From contig JBHGNT010000015.1 in assembly GCA_043228905.1 (NCBI GenBank), positions 3,782,001 to 3,846,000 of the forward strand: DNA of 64,000 nt, read 5' to 3'. The notes below the pieces were generated by a model. It saw only the letters and a list, made by a program, of their open reading frames with translations. It did no database searches and had not been told where the DNA came from. How positions within the stretch are numbered: position 1 is the first letter of the stretch; the number at the start of each line of letters is the position of its first letter. This DNA comes from Azolla caroliniana. Taxonomy: Eukaryota > Plantae > Polypodiophyta. A program made the translations under genes and the position numbers. This document shows positions 32,506 through 46,539 of this stretch, piece after piece.

Positions 32506-32853
32506 ATACGTATGAATCCTAAACCAGAAAGATACTATATATAGCACTGAAGATTCCACATGTAGCGTAGAGTCTCAAGCACATGTAGAGCACTAAAGAT
32601 CATTTCAATACATGGGCATTGTGTGAATCAGATGTAGAGAATGTTGGCCAGAACGAGGGTTCGAAGCAGTTTTATAGTGAGCCAATCTAACAATGAACAT
32701 GTGAGTTTGTTGATGCGAAAAGAATTTCCTTCAGACAACTTTAGGCAAGTATCACCACAAGTTGTTAAACATCATAAAGACATGATGATGTAACTGGTTC
32801 TTGTTTCATTATTTTTCTTAGAGAAGATGAAAATATTTCAACATGTCATACTT

Positions 32854-32924
32854 GCATTGGTGCTCTAGTGGTAGAATAGTATCCTGTCATGGTACAAACC
32901 CAGGTTCGATTCCCAGGCAATGTA
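32854..32924 (+). pseudogene. tRNA-Gly pseudogene
   Basis: Anticodon and stems mutated. Confidence 0.8.
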
Positions 32925-33269
32925 ATCCATATGAATCTGAAACCTGGAACTTACTATTTTTAGCACTCAAGATTCCATATCTAGCGTTGAATGTCAAGCA
33001 CATGGAGAGCACTAAAGCTTTCCATACATGGGCATTGTGTGAATTAGATGTAGAGAATGTTGGTCGCAATGAGGGTATGAAGCAGTTTTATAGCGAGCCA
33101 ATCTAACAATGAACATGTGAGTTTGTTTATGCGTAAAGAAATTCCTTAACAGAACCTTAGACAAGTATCGCCACAAGTTGCTAAATATCATAAAGACTTG
33201 ATGACGTAACTGGTTCTTGTTTCATTATTTGTCTTATCAAAGATGAAAATATTTTAACATATCATACTT

Positions 33270-33340
33270 GCATTGGTGGTCTTGTGGAAGAATAGTACCC
33301 TGCCACGGTATAGACCTGGGTTCGATTCCCTGCCAATGCA
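33270..33340 (+). pseudogene. tRNA-Gly(GCC), degenerate, ~5 substitutions
   Basis: Acceptor stem and anticodon intact; D-loop and T-stem changes. Confidence 0.75.
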
Positions 33341-33448
33341 ATGCGTATGAAACCTAAACTTGAAACTTACTATATATAGCACTCAAGATTTCACGTCTAG
33401 TGTAGAATGTCAAGCACATGGAGAACACTAAAGATTTGGTTACATAGG

Positions 33449-33880
33449 TGTAAAAGTTAGCGTGTGGAAGCTAGACAAAATCGGTTTTGCCAGATAGGAA
33501 CAAAGAATAGAAAACACAGGTTCAATGGAAGCTTGAGAATATTTAGCATACATGAGAGAGAGAGAGAGCAAAATATAAAACTCTTTTCTAAAATAATAAT
33601 CCTCTGTGTACGTAGAATATGCTTAGAGAGCACTTTTATACAAGTCCATAAAGGACTAACAAGTAGTTTAATGCTCATACGAGCGACTGTCACTGAATCC
33701 GAAAAATATGCCTACGTACTAGGCTGGATCCGTAGGCCTCTAACGGCCTATGGCTTCAATCCGATCCGGGTCCTGGTTCCGGATATCATCCGGACACCGA
33801 TCCGGTTCTCCGTTCTGGATACCGATCTTGCTTTGGCTTATTCAACTGATTCGAATGCGGTTGAGCTTGCTTGCTAAACA
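33449..33880 (-). repeat. 3' LTR of copia Z
   Basis: TGTAAAAG...CTAAACA, related to the X and Y LTRs, adjacent to the PPT. Confidence 0.85.
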
Positions 33881-34159
33881 CTCCCCGTTAAGCTCAACTT
33901 GAGGTCGGATCATGGTGCCAATGTTTGTAGTAGCCGGTCCTTTCCTCTGGCTCCTTCTGACGTCCTCTCGCCTTGCTCGTGCTCCTCATCCAGTCCGATT
34001 TTGCTTCCCACGACCCGTCTAGTTCTGCGCACCTTGACCTCCTTGGTCGGCTTGTCTCCTCAGCATGCCTATTTCAACTCCTTCGTTGTTATGACTTCGG
34101 CGCTTGTCGACCTATGGGTTCCTCCGTGTCGGTGTCGACTTCCGTTGCCTTCTTGTCCA

Positions 34160-36096
34160 CTAAATTAGTTGATCCGGCTCTTCCAAATCCAACTGTTGAA
34201 CCGACTCTTCCGAATCCGCTTCCTCCGATTCGTTCCAACTCTTGTCTGACTTGGTAGTCTTCGACGCGTCTTCCATTTTTAGGTCCTTCATCACATCGGA
34301 CCACGTTTGGGTTTTGGCCTTTTTTCGGTCGGCTCTGTATTTCTTGACTCTACCATCGTTGCCACTTGCTCCGACTTGTTCGGATGATGTGCCGACTGCT
34401 TTGGTTAGCTCGACCTCTGTTTTCCGCTCATCTCCCCCCTTGGTTCTTTCTTCCTCTCCGGCTCCTTGTCTAGTGCCATCCATTCTCCCCCTGAAGTGCG
34501 GCACATCGAGATGTTGTAGACCCAACATTTCGGAAAAGTGTTGCAACTTGTCCGATCTGAGTGTCTTGGTGAAGATGTTGGCAACCTGTCGATCTGTATG
34601 AACATACCAAAGTTCAACTTCACCGCTCTGGACCCACACACGAACAAAGTGATAATGCACCTCTATGTGCTTTGTCCGAGCATGGAATACGAGGTTCTTG
34701 GCAAGCTGTATGTTGCTTATGTTGTCGAAGTAGATAAGGATCGGGGTCAACACCTCGATCCGGAGGTCTCGCAGGAGTCGTTGAAGCCAGATGGCTTCAC
34801 AGGTGGCAATGGTAGCGCCCCGGTACTCAACCTCAGTGCTCGTCAAAGCCATTGTTGGCTGCTTTTTGCTACACCATGCAATAGCCGCGCTACCAAAAGA
34901 AAACATGTAACCGGAGGTGGATCGGCGATCCGATGCATCACCAACCCAATCGCCATCGATATATCCAACTAGCTTCCAAGCTATACCGTGTTGGTATAAC
35001 AATCCCCGGTCCTTCGTGCCGCACTCATATCGCTATAGTCGATGTGCGCATTGAAGGTGCTCCACGGTCGGCTTCTGCATAAACTAGCTAATCACCCCGA
35101 CTGGATAACTAATGTCGGGTTGGGTGATTGTCAAGTATATAAGGCTTCTGACAATTTGTCGGAACCATTTCTCATCGCAGGTAGGGTTAGAGTCGAGACG
35201 TAGCTTCAAGTTCCGGTTTAGGGGTCTAGAGATTGGTCGGCATTCTGTCATGCCGAACTTGTACAGTATATTCAGCACATAGTGTCTTTGTGAGAGTAAT
35301 ATGCCATCAGGGGTCCGGATCACCTCGATCCCAAGAAAATAATGAAGAGCCCCCCGGTCCTTCATTTCAAATGCGTTTGACAACTAGGACTTTACTCTGC
35401 CGATTTCATCGAGTCCGGGTCCGATGATGACTAAATCATCAACATATAGCACGATACAAACCGGACTGTCTGGACCTTTCCGAATGAATAGTGACGAGTT
35501 GGACTTTGAGGCCACAAACCCCATCTTACTCAACCGGTGCGTGATCTTCGCATTCCAAGCTCGGGGGGCTTGCTTTCGATTGTAAATCAACTTCTTGAGT
35601 TGGCACACTACCGACTTGTTCATCTCTGATTGGAAACCAGGGGTTGGATCATATAGACCTGTTCTTCAAGGTCACCTTGGAGAAATGCATTCTTTACGTC
35701 CATTTGGTGAAGATGTCATCCCCTTGCTGCAACAACAGCTAATACCACACTAACCGTCGTCATCTTCGCTACTAGAGCGAAGGTCACATCGTAGGCGATT
35801 CTGTGGGTCTGTGTGTATCCCTTTGTCACTAATCGGACCTTGTACCGGTTCACCGAACCGTCGACATTGTACTTCACCTTATATACCCATTTACAACCGA
35901 TCGGTTTACACTGTCGGGGAGGTTCAACCATGTCCCATGTGTCGTTGGCATCAAGTGCCCACATTTCTTCCTCCATAGCAGCACGCCAATTTGCGTCTTT
36001 TGCTGCTTTTGCGTAACTCTCCAGCTCATGCACTTCCGCCACCTTAGTCATGTACGCATAGTGATGCGCCATGTACTCATTGTATCCGTACCTCAT
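34160..36096 (-). pseudogene. Copia Z pol remnant (RT and RNase H)
   Basis: KWVYKVK, LYVDDL, RTKHIEVHYHF; frameshifts and stops. Confidence 0.9.
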
Positions 36097-36995
36097 GACA
36101 ATTTTCTTTTGATGGGTTGTGAATGTTAATGTGCGGAAGCGTTAGACAGAACCGGCTCAGCTAGATAGCAACAGAAAATGAGATGAAGGTTTAATGGAAA
36201 ATGTTAAAATACAGAGTATATACGGGAGAGAAAAAGAGAGCAGAACATAAAACTATATTCAAAATTAACTCTAAAACTCCGTACATACAACGTGCTCAAC
36301 AACACTATTTATACAAGTCCTAAGAGGACTGACAGAAGTACAATGTACTTCAATGCTCACACGAGCGTCTGACACTAACTACGAGACATTAACTACCTAG
36401 TAGTCTAGGCTGCTACTAGGCTTCCGATTACTACTTGATCCGGCTAACCGACTCCCTAGCTCACCGGCTCACCGATCCGGCTCATCCTTCCAGATGTTGA
36501 TCCGGCTCAGGCTTATTCAGCCGATCCGGATCCGGTTGAGCTTGCCGCTCAACACTCCCCCTCAAGCTCAACTTGAGGTCGGATCGTAGTGTCAGTCTCC
36601 ATGGCAGCCGGTCCTTCCACCCGGCTCCTTCTTGTCAGGAACAGTACTAAGACAGAGAAGGAATTAGTACTAAAAGAAGTATTAGTACTAAGAGAGGTGA
36701 AGGACTCTCGAGAGAAGGAAAGAGTGAGTGAGAGGGAGGGAGGGAGGGAGGGAGGGAGAGAGAGAGTGATGATAAGAAAAGATATATATTATGTGAAGAG
36801 AATGTACAGTAGTAGCTAGGAGGCTTAAGACTGGCGTTGAACCGATTTGGTTCGAAATAATGCCTTGTGCCTCCTTTTATAGTTTTCTGAGGAATACTCC
36901 TGAAGTTTCTAGAATGTTCCAAAGAAATCTGGAATATACATCAATTTTCTATAATAAAACATAAATGAAAATAATATTTTACGTATTACAATGTA

Positions 36996-37050
36996 TGGTC
37001 TAATGGTCAAGAGTTCGACCCATGTAGCATAAGGTCATGGGTTCGAGTCC
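36996..37050 (+). promoter_or_regulatory. Pol III type-2 promoter-like A box and B box inside the chromovirus 3' LTR (second copy at 48305-48359)
   Basis: TGGTCTAATGG at 36996-37006 and GGTTCGAGTCC at 37040-37050, at tRNA-like spacing. Confidence 0.7.
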
Positions 37051-37089
37051 TGCCATATCATTACACTATCCCCACTTTAAAACGACGAG

Positions 37090-40000
37090 TGTCACGAGTC
37101 GTTTTGGATTGAGGACCTGGTTTGTCTGGATATTGACGATGGAAGTCTTCAAGAAGAGCACGAGCATTGATCACATTCTCTATCGGTTCCCAAGTACGCT
37201 CGTTGGGACTATATCCTAGCCAATCGACTAGATAGTAGAGCTTGTTGCGAACAATCTTGGAATCAAGGAGGGCGGCAACCTCGTACTCAGGTCCATCTTC
37301 AAGCTCGATCGGGGGTGGAGGCTTTGTAATACGTCCTGGGTGGTGTTCTCCTGATAGGGTACGAGGAGAGAACTATGAAACACCGGATGTTTCCGAAGTT
37401 GCGGAGGTAGATTGAGACGAAAAGCGACATCATTAATCTTTCCTATAATACGGAAAGGACCTAATCACCGATAATCCAACTTCTCGCATGGGCGAGTAGT
37501 CTTGATGTGTCGTCGTAGTAGCCATATCTGATCTCCAATGTTAAAACTGGATGGAAGTCAATGACGATCTGCATAAACCTTGCGTGTTTGTTGAGCTTGT
37601 TGGAGATGAGTAGATAAATCAACTTGTATCTTGCGTAACCACTCTAAACGATCCTCTGTGCAAGGATTTGTGGACAACTCTGGGGTTTCAAATACATACC
37701 ACCGGGGGTGAGAACCCGTATAAGCATAAAATGGCGTAACTTTAGTCGATGCGTGGACAGAGTTATTGTAGGCAAAATCGACGAAGTGGAGAATATCTAC
37801 CCAATCATCCTGATGATAGCTTAGAAAGCACCAAAGATACTGCTCCAGTGTTTGATTTGTTCGTTCTGCTTGGCCATCCGTTTGTGGGTGGTAGCCGGAG
37901 GAGAGGTTACACGTGACCTTGAGCATTTTAAAAAGGTGCTTCCAGAATTTCGATACGAACTAGGGTCCACGGTCGCTGATGATACTATCGGGAAGGCCAT
38001 GATGCCGACATACTTCACGCATGACAATTTCAGTGGTTTCTTCACTGGATAATTCCTTAGTACATGGCAAGAAATGAGCCATCTTCGTATATCGATCTAC
38101 GACTATTAGAATCGCATTGAACCCCTTAGAGACTGGAAGATCTGTGATGAAGTCTAGAGCAATGACTTGCTTGGAATTGGTAATGGTTCTAATAAACCAT
38201 ATGGATGATGCCTTCATTTTCGCTCTGCAGCATGTATCACAAGTTCGAACAAAATCTTCGACAAATTGTCGCATACGGGGCCACCAAAATGATCGTTGTA
38301 CTAAATCTAATGTTTTAGTACTACCAAAATGCCCAATTGTATATGTGTCATGATAGTTTTGGACTACTCGAAGGCGGCAAGAACCATTAGGAACATACAA
38401 GAGTTCATTAAAGAATAGTAATCCATCATGGTATTTGAATTGCCGATAGTCCGTACCTGGTGGTTGCGACTGTGAACAAGATGCTCGAGAGGGATCAATT
38501 TGTGCTAGAATGGCTTGGGCGAAAGCATCGGTCTTCAAGTCCTCATGTATAGTATTGATAACGTGGGAATCCATTGGCATGCCAAAGACCTGTGTTGTTT
38601 GCAGTCGTGTCGGTCCCAAGATTACTTGCTTTTGGTTATCAAAAGCTAGCTCGCTGGGACGCGGTGCTAGGTATGAACGCCATGATAATGCATCTGCCTT
38701 CCCTTGGTGCTTCCCAGGACGATATGTAATTTTGAAGTCGAAATGCGTGAGGAAGTGGGCCCACCGAGCTTGACGTCGATTTAACACACGAGCGTCTTGA
38801 AAGTAGGCAAGGTTTTTGTGGTCACTTAATACGGTGATTTGATGAGAGGATCCCTCTAGAAAATGCCTCCATTGCGTAAAAGAGTCCATTATTGCCAATA
38901 ACTCCTTATCATGAATTTCGTAGTTGATTTCGGTGGCGTCAAACTTGTGTGAGTGAAAAGCCACAAGATGTAGCTTCTCATGATTACCCCGTTGTGACAG
39001 AATGCTCCCCAATGCGAAATCCGATGCGTCTGCTTCGATAATGAATGGTTTTTCCGGATCGACATGAGCTAGAATTGGAGCCGATGTAAATGCCTTTTTA
39101 AGATTCTCGAAAGCCATGTCCGTTTCTTTAGACCAAACGAATGATCGTCCCTTGTTGGTAAGCTGTGTGGGAGGCAGAACAAGCTTTGAGTAATCCTGTA
39201 TGAACTTTCAGTAAAAATTGGCAAAGCCAAAAAAGCATTGCACATCTCGCACCGAACACGGAGTATGCCACTCTACCACAATTTTGACCTTAGCTGGGTC
39301 CATGGAGATGCCTTCCGAGGAAATGACATAGCCTAGAAATTCCACCTGGTTGCACCCAAAACTACATTTTTCCAGCTTTGCATAAAGACCATGTTCTCGA
39401 AGTCGTTTTAGTACTAACAATACATGAGAATCATGCTCTTCTTGGGTCTTCAAATAAACTAGTAGATCATCCAAATAGATGATCAAACAAACATCCAAGA
39501 GATCTCGAAATATATCATTTGCCATGTGTTGGAAGACTGTTGGTGCATTAATGAGGCCGAACGGCATGACTATATACTCGAAGTGCCCATATCTGGTGTG
39601 AAACGCGGTCTTCCATTCATCTCCTGGTCGGATCCGTACTAGGTTATAGGCTCCCCGTAAGTCAATCTTCGTGAAGAACCTGGCACCATTGATCCGTTCT
39701 AAAAGACTTGAGATAAGGGGAAGTGCATACCTATTTCTGATTGTCACCTTATTCAAGCCACAATAATCTACAACGAGACGAAGTGATCCATCCTTTTCCT
39801 TGACGAAGAAAATGGGTGCGCCGGCTAGAGATTTTGAATGCCGAATGAAACCATTTTCCAAATTCTCCTCTATATAGGCTCGCAGGACTTCTAGCTTGGT
39901 TGGTGACAAATTGTAGATCGGTCCCCATGGTGGCTCTTTCCCCGGTTGTAAATCGATGGGGCAATCATACGGTCGATGGTGAGGAAGCGTATTGGCTTGT

Positions 40001-40800
40001 ACTTTATTGAACACATCGGCATAATGATGATACTTCTTTGGAAGTTGAACGGTGGACTCCTCTTTAATGGTGTATGAGGGCTTTACTGATATTGCGAAGA
40101 GAAACATTTCTTCCTTGCGTCCTTCTTCCCGCAACTGATGTAGCGAAATGGTTGCAATCTCATGAGTAGACCCTCGGGCTTTTCGATACCGGATTTCTCT
40201 TGTTCTCCAATCTATGTCTGGGTTATGTAATTCGAACCATGGTAATCCTAAAACAATGGGGTGTTCTGGGATGCTAATTATATTAAATGATACTACACAT
40301 GCTAGATTATCTAGGACAATATTAACGAGCTCTGACTCTTCTATGATATTTCCGGAAGCAATGGGACAACCATCAATAACTACTACAGAGGCTGGACATG
40401 GGAGTTTCCTGAGTGATATTTGATGAGTTTGGGCAAAGTTTCTATCCATGAAGCAAGAATTAGCTCCGGAATCTAGAAGTGCTAAGACATGTACTGGAGG
40501 GGTACTTTTAGTACTAACTGTTACTTGGGCTACAAACACATTGCTAACTTTCTTAGAGGGAATGGAACCACTAATGGGCTGCACAAATCTAGGGCTGTCC
40601 AACCAAACGGCTCCTATTTTGGTTGGACTTAGTCATTTAACTCTTCTTCTAACTGACTAAGGACATCAAATTTGTTCGTTAGATTTAGGCTATTAGTACT
40701 ATTAGGACTATCAGATATCCCTACTGAAATAGACTCGGGTTTAGTACAATCAGAACTAGCAACTATTTGGTTTACCTGCCTTCTTGGCCTATGGGGACAG
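37090..40800 (-). pseudogene. Chromovirus pol (PR-RT-RH-IN-chromodomain), frameshifted
   Basis: ORFs 39208-40602, 37960-39117 and 37558-37926, plus the chromodomain segment. Confidence 0.92.
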
Positions 40801-40863
40801 TGTGAAAGATTGCTTGCGGAAGCGTTAGAAAGAACAATACACAAAGAGAGAGAGAGAGTACGC

Positions 40864-40929
<66 letters not shown>

Positions 40930-43900
40930 GACACACTATTCTTCAAAATTATATGAATACTCTGTGCTCTCTATGTACAACGCGTTCATCAACGCTATTT
41001 ATACAAGTCCACATGGGACTGTTAGAAGTACGGTGTACTTCAATGCTCACACGAGCATCTGACACTAACTACAAGACTATAACTACCTAGTAGTCTAATC
41101 TATACTAGGCTTCCAGTTACGGATTGGATCCGGCATACCGGCTCCCCAACTCACCGGTCCTTATTGCTTACCAGCTCGGTTGCTCACCGGCATACCGATT
41201 CATCTCGCTTACCGGCTCAGGCTTATTCAGCCGATCCGGCTCCAGTTGAGCTTGCCGCTCAACACTCCCCCTTAAGCTCAACCTGAGGTAGGGTTGTAGT
41301 GTCAACCTCTGTGGCAGCCGGTTCTTCCAACCGACTTCTCTTGGCGTCGCTTCGCCTTGCTCGCGCTCCTTGTCCGGTTCGGTCCCGTTTGCCGCGACCC
41401 CTTTTGTTCTGCGTGCCTCGACCTTCGGCATGTTTGCTCAATAGGTCCATCTCAGCTCCTTCGCTGCTATGACTCCGGCACTTGCCGATCCGTCGGTTCC
41501 TCCGCGATGGCATCGACTTCCGCTGCGTCCGTGTCTCCTTGGCCTCTCGTTGATCCGACTCATCCGGATCCGTCTGTTAATCCGAATCGGCTACTCCGAC
41601 TCATTCCAGCTCTTGTCCGAATCGGTATCCTCCGATTCGATTTTCAGCTTCAGGCCTCTCACCACATCGGACCACGTCCGAGTCTTGGCCTTCTCCGTGC
41701 TTCCCTTGGCTTCTTCAGCCGGTTCACCGAAGTCGAATTCTTCATTCGACTCTGCATCATGGCCATTACGATCATGATGACCTCCGCATAGCATGCACTT
41801 CTCTTCCTGAGTGTACACTTCTTCCTCACAACCGCTCACTCTGACCTGTTTGGATGTGCCGACTTCCTTCGTCGACTCTGCTTCTTTTTTCTTCTTGTCT
41901 CCACCTCTACCGGTCCTTCTCTTACCTACGGGTTCAACAGTTTTTTTGCCTTTGTCCGTTTCGGTAGTGTCTTTGCCCTTGCGTCTCCCCCTCAAGTGCG
42001 GCACATCAAGATGCTGAACACCAAGCATTTCAGTAAAGTGCTGCAACTTGTCTGACCCGAGCGGCTTGGTGAAGATGTCGGCAACTTGCCGATCCGTGTG
42101 AACATACCGTAGTTCAACTTCACCACTCAGGACCCGCTCACGCACGAAGTGATAATGCACTTCTATGTGCTTTGTGCGAGCATGGAACACAGGGTTCTTG
42201 GCGAGCTGCATGCTGCTGAGGTTATCGCAGTAGATCAGGATCGGGGTCGGTACCTCGATCCGCAGGTCTTGCAGTAGTCGCCGAAGCCAAATGGCTTCGC
42301 AGGTGGCAACGATCGCTCCCTGGTATTCAGCCTCAGTGCTGGATAGAGCCACTGTTGGTTGCTTATTGCTGCTCCACGCAACAGCCGCGCTCCCAAGAGA
42401 AAACATAAAGTCGGAAGTTGAGCGACGATCCGTTGCATCACCAGCCCAGTCGGCTTCTGCATGAATTGGCTTACCACTTCGACCAGATAGCTAATGTCGA
42501 GTCGGGTGATGGTCAAGTTGATCGGGCTTCCGACTATTTGTCTGAACCATTTCTCATCGTAGGTTGGTCCGGAGTTGGGACAGATCTTCTGATTCCGGTC
42601 CAGGGGTGTGGAGACAGGTCGGCATTCCGTCATGCCGAACTTGTACAGTATATTCAACACATAATGGCGTTGAGAAAGCAATATGCCGTCGGGGGTGTGG
42701 ATCACCTCGATCTCCAAAAAATAATGAAGGTCCCCCAAGTCCTTCATATCGAATGCGTCCGACAACTGGGACTTGACGCGGTTGATTTCCGGAAAACCTG
42801 GGCCAGTGATGACTAAATCATCAACATAGAGTAAGATACATACCAGACCGTTTGAGCCTTGATGGATGAACAGGGAAGAGTCCGACTTAGAGGCAACAAA
42901 CCCCATCTTTCGCAACCGGTGTGTGATCTTAGCCTTCCAAGCACGGGGGGCTTGCTTCAAGCCGTACAACGACTTCCTTAGCCGGCATACCGCGGACTTG
43001 TTCACCTCCGACTTAAATCTGGGGGGCTGAGTCATAAAGACTTCTTCTTCAAGATCTCCTTGAAGGAAGGCATTCTTCACATCCATCTGATGAAGATGTC
43101 ACCCCCTTGCCGCAACAACCGCCAGTACCACACGAACCGTTGTCATCTTCGCTATAGGAGCGAAGGTCTCGTCGTAGTCGATTCCATGGGTCTGCGCATA
43201 TCCCTTCGCCACTAACCGGGCCTTGTACCGGTTAACTGTACCGTCGGCATTGTACTTTACCTTGTACACCCACTTGCATCCGATCGGTTTACAGTGACGG
43301 GGAGGGTCAAACAGGTCCCAAGTTCCGTTGGCATCCAGTGCCTGCATTTCTTCCTCCATAGCGGCATGCCAATTTGCGTCCTTTTGCCGCTTCTGCGTAG
43401 CTCTCCGGCTCACGCACTTCCGCGACCTTGGTCATGTACGCATAATGATGCGCCATGTACTCGTTATACCCGTACCGTTTAACGGGATCCTTCTGGCGGG
43501 TGGACCGGCGTAACTCACCGTTACCCGGTATGAGACCCTTCTTGGCCGGTTCGGTCTTCGTTCCCGAAGATCTACCTATGTCCTTGCCGAAGTCAGATAC
43601 GCACCGATCCGACTCATCATTGCCGGTCTCGAATTCCGGCATCTTCTGCTTCCCTTTCTCTTTGCGTGTGAACCGTCTCCTCGGTTCCTTGCGCGGGGAG
43701 AGCACGACAGAGTCTCCACTACTTGTCGTCTCATCATCCGACTGGTTGGACTGATCCAGTCTCTCATTCGGTCCGCTTAACCGGAACGATTCCGGACTCT
43801 CATCTTGAGTCCCGGCTTCATCTTTCTCTACTTGGGCTGGTTCGGGCTCACTAGCCCCATCCTCCGACATCGGGTCGGGATCAGAAGTCGGAGTCAGTAA

Positions 43901-46508
43901 GGAATACCACGATGCCGATTCATCAAACTCGACATCTCGACTGACTCGGACCTGCTTCGTCCGGGGGTTATAACACTTATACCCCTTTTGCTCTTGAGCA
44001 TAGCCGACTAGGATGCATTTTTCCGATTTTGCATCCAGCTTTCTCCGCTTCTCATCCGGCACATGTACATAGGCTATGTTGCCGAATATCTGGAGGTGTC
44101 TCAAATTCGGCTTGCGCCCGAAATACAGCTCGTGAGCTGACACCTTGTCCCCGATCCGGTTCTGGATGTAAACGACCGTTTGGACCGCCTCTGCCCAGTA
44201 GAACTTGGGCATTCTCTTTTCTCCAGCATTGCCCTAGCCGCATCAATCAGCGACCGATTCTTCCTTTCGGCCACACCGTTCTGTTGCGGTGTGTATCTGC
44301 AGCTGAATTCTCGCCGAATTCCTTTTTGTTGCAGATAGCTGTTGAATTGGCCTGAAAAGTACTCTTTTTCGCCATCCGACCGTAGGCATTTGATCTTCCT
44401 CTCCAATTCCCGTTCCACCATCTTCTGGAGGCTCCGGAAACACTCGAAGACTTCGCTCTTCCGCTCAATGAGGTAGATCCACATATGCCGTGTGTAGTCG
44501 TTGATGAAGGAGACGAAATATCGACTCCCGCCAATGCTAACATTTTGTGACGGTCCCCACATATCCGAATGGATAAGATCGAGCTTGTTACGACTTCAAT
44601 TTCTTTCGGTGGGGAATGGAAGCCAGTGTTGCTTCCCGAGTTGGCAGGCTTCACAAATCTGGGCTCTCCGGCCGCTAAACTTCGGCAAACCGAAAACGAC
44701 TTGTTCCGTTTGCAGGTCTTGAAGCCTCTAGTAGTTGACGTGGCCGATCCGCTTGTGCCACAAGTCGATATCCGACTCGACCTTCTGTCCTTTGGCGAAC
44801 AATGCGGTGCCGACGTCATTGGTGTTGAGGATAAACATCCTCCCATCTCTGCACCCTTGCGCATAACTTCGCCCTCATCCTCAATGAAGCACCCGAGGTG
44901 CGTAAACTGCACCTGCATCCCCTGGTCGACGATCTGTCCGACCGACACCAGGTTCTTCGTGATCATCGGAACATGTAATACATTCATCAGCTTACCCCTT
45001 TGTCCGACGTGGCTCAAAGGGACTTCTCCGACGTGCACGATCGGGTGGGGAGTGTCGTCTCCGGTTTCGACAACTCCCGGTTGATCCGGCTTCTCCAAAA
45101 AGGAGAACCACTTCCCGTGGCTCGTCATGTTGTTCGACAACGTACCACACTTCCTCCGATTTGGAAGTGGTCTTCTTCATTGAGTTTGCCTTGTGCTTCA
45201 TCACCAAGGCTAGCCCCTTATCGTTCTTGGATCCTTACGATCCGTTTGCGTAGTGCGAGCTTTGCCGGCCTTCCTTACCAGTTTTGCCGGATTCGGATTT
45301 GTTCGAATCGGCATGCTTTCTCCAGCACTCGCTTTCCTTGTGGCCCTTTTTGCCACAGTACCAACATTCCGTAGCGGGTTTGTCTTGCCGACCTCCGGCA
45401 CCACCTTGACTCCCCCTACTTGTGGAAGTCTCGGAACTGCTGTCGGCACGCTCACTGTGCCTTCGTTCCTGCTCTTGCCGACCGCCTCCATTGCGTGCCG
45501 ACCTGCCTCGTCCACCACGCCCGCGGGACCGATTCTCTCCCGTGTACAACATCCGGCTGTCTGGGGATGCACTAGTAGATGCACCGACGTGGTTCTCCTC
45601 TACAAGGAGCATCGACTGTAAGTCAAAAAATGAGGGCGTATTCTCCCTTGTACAAACGGCAGTCCGGAAAGCTCCGAACTTGGACGCCAGGCCTCCAAGA
45701 CAGACCTACACCATCTCGTCTTCCTCTACGGTGACGTTAATAGAGGCAAGCGAGTCATAGATCCCTTTGATCCGGTCTGTGTAATCTGCCACCGACATGT
45801 TCTTCTGTCGAACATTGCTAAAAAATGAGGGCGTATTCTCCCTTGTACAAACCGCAGTCCGGAAAGCTCCGAACTTGGACGCCAGGCCTCCAAGACAGAC
45901 CTACACCATCTCGTCTTCCTCTACGGTGACGTTAATAGAGGCAAGCGAGTCACAGATCCCTTTGATCTGGTCTGTGTAATCTGCCACCGACATGTTCTTC
46001 TGTCGAACATTGCTCAATTCTTGTCTGAGTTGCAGCTTCCGGGCAGTGGTGCTTGCGGCGAAGACCTTTTTCAAGTTTCCCCAAGCATCCTTCGGTGTCT
46101 TGGCGTCACGGATATGGCTGAGCAGCTGGTCACCGACAGTGGACACGAAGCAGTACCTCACCCTGCTTGCCGCCTGTTCCCACACTGGGAAGTCCTTGTG
46201 TGTCGTCTCCGGTGCTGAGTCGTTCACTCCGTCGACATAACTCTAGTAGCCATGCCCAAGCAGGTACTAGTGCATCTTGTATGACCAAGATGCGTAGTTG
46301 GTTCTGTCGAGCTTCTCCACCGGGAGCAACGTAGCCATACCTCAGTCCATTTCTCCTTTTGTGTCTGTTTTCCGATCTGTTAGGGTTTCCTTCACAAGCG
46401 TAGATGTCTGCAACAGAGGTTCTCAACCCACGCGCTCTAATACCATGTGAAAGATTGCTTGCGGAAGCATTAGAAAGAACAATACACAAAGAGAGAGAGA
46501 GAGTACGC

Positions 46509-46539
<31 letters not shown>

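Larger units (their letters stand above)
29610..33448 (+). repeat. tRNA-Gly(GCC)-containing tandem array, left decayed segment, ~395-420-bp monomers
   Basis: Recurrent monomer with tRNA starts at 29828, 30661, 31081, 31475, 31891, 32435, 32854 and 33270. Confidence 0.95.

Noticed and set aside
40845-40930. (GA)n tracts giving SLSLSL and RERERE ORFs
   Set aside because: Microsatellite inside the copia Y LTRs; explains the LTR length difference only
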